Shown one piece after another: positions 32,206-32,996 of a stretch of DNA of 32,996 bases (the first letter of the stretch is position 1; each line of letters opens with the position of its first letter). The stretch comes from Octopus bimaculoides (taxonomy: Eukaryota). The notes below the pieces were generated by a model that was not told the origin of the DNA, made no database searches, and saw only the letters and a program-made list of their open reading frames with translations. The position numbers and the translations under genes were made by a program. Where the stretch lies: contig NC_069002.1 in assembly GCF_001194135.2 (NCBI RefSeq), forward strand, positions 15,390,981 to 15,423,976, given 5' to 3'.

Positions 32206-32339
32206 CAACTACAAAACCGAAAATTAATATTTTATTTTTCACTTATAATTTCTAGAAAGATCTCATTTTCGTTATTATTTTTAAATCCTCTATTTATTTC
32301 CATGCGTCTACAATGGATAGGTCGCCTTAATTATACTTA

Positions 32340-32660
32340 CACTGGGTTTCTCATGAGGAATCAGTTCACATAACGGCGTGAACACAAGAACAAAGAGAGT
32401 ATTGATGGGTACATTTCACCCATCACGACTCTTATTGCGCATTTAACAGCAAGGTTTGCTGGTTGTCACTATCGTCCTGAACAGCATGCCATATCAGGCG
32501 TTATATTTGGGAAACTCCCGCACACTAATGAAGGAGAAGACCTTTCAACTACATTGATATTATTACCAGAGACATTCAATATAACATTGAGGATCTATCT
32601 GTAAAAATTAATGGGGAACAGAGGTGCTTGGCGGGCGTAATGAAGTGTATCACGTTTGCA
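32340..32660 (+). pseudogene. Decayed RTE/RTE-X-like LINE 3' end
   Basis: EHKNKESIDG.ISPI...RFAG..YR.E..ISGVIF...MGNRGAW fits the RTE C-terminal pattern. Confidence 0.5.
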
Positions 32661-32887
32661 ACCTCTTTGCTTTTCTTATATCATTTTTCTAATTAATCGA
32701 TTTTTCCAGCGTATACTGAAGTGCCTGAGAGGACCTGGAATAGTCTTAAATATTTTGCCAGGAACTAAAAAAAAAAATGGAAATTTAAGAAAGAGTTACA
32801 CCGCCTATAACAATCTCAAACAAAGTATGCCTCCTTACGCAACATTTCAGTTATGGCGCTTCAGAATTCTAGCCTGCGGTTCCATAT

Positions 32888-32902
32888 GCATACATACATA
32901 CG

Positions 32903-32940
<38 letters not shown>
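32888..32940. repeat. (TA)n/(TACA)n microsatellite
   Basis: Visible. Confidence 0.92.
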
Positions 32941-32942
<2 letters not shown>

Positions 32943-32996
32943 AGGGCATTATTACAAAATAGTGCCACACAACAGGCCCTTATATAAATATAAACG

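Overview
AT-rich, repeat-saturated eukaryotic DNA with two scaffold gaps (N at 20344-20667 and 30090-30099). No intact protein-coding gene, rRNA, true tRNA or CRISPR array can be supported. The repeat mix (several tRNA-headed SINE families, Dong/R4 LINEs, RTE LINEs, Penelope, Tc1/mariner, Chapaev3) looks like an octopus or other cephalopod genome; this is an inference, not a database match. The long ORFs in the track are decayed transposon fragments, antisense shadows, microsatellite read-throughs or N-runs. SINE labels A-D and family X are my working names. Best leads: (1) a tRNA-headed SINE-like element whose 3' half holds a structurally complete Penelope-type minimal hammerhead ribozyme (30915-31161, minus); (2) a TSD-flanked chimeric SINE that captured about 270 bp of a Chapaev3 transposase plus a SINE from a locus 5 kb away (14313-15009); (3) a non-coding (AAT)n-tailed family X chained with Dong/R4 LINEs at TAA microsatellites; (4) a Tc1-like transposase with DD36E spacing; (5) a Chapaev3 element with both termini and a TTA TSD; (6) a MITE whose left TIR is split by an unclassified insert.
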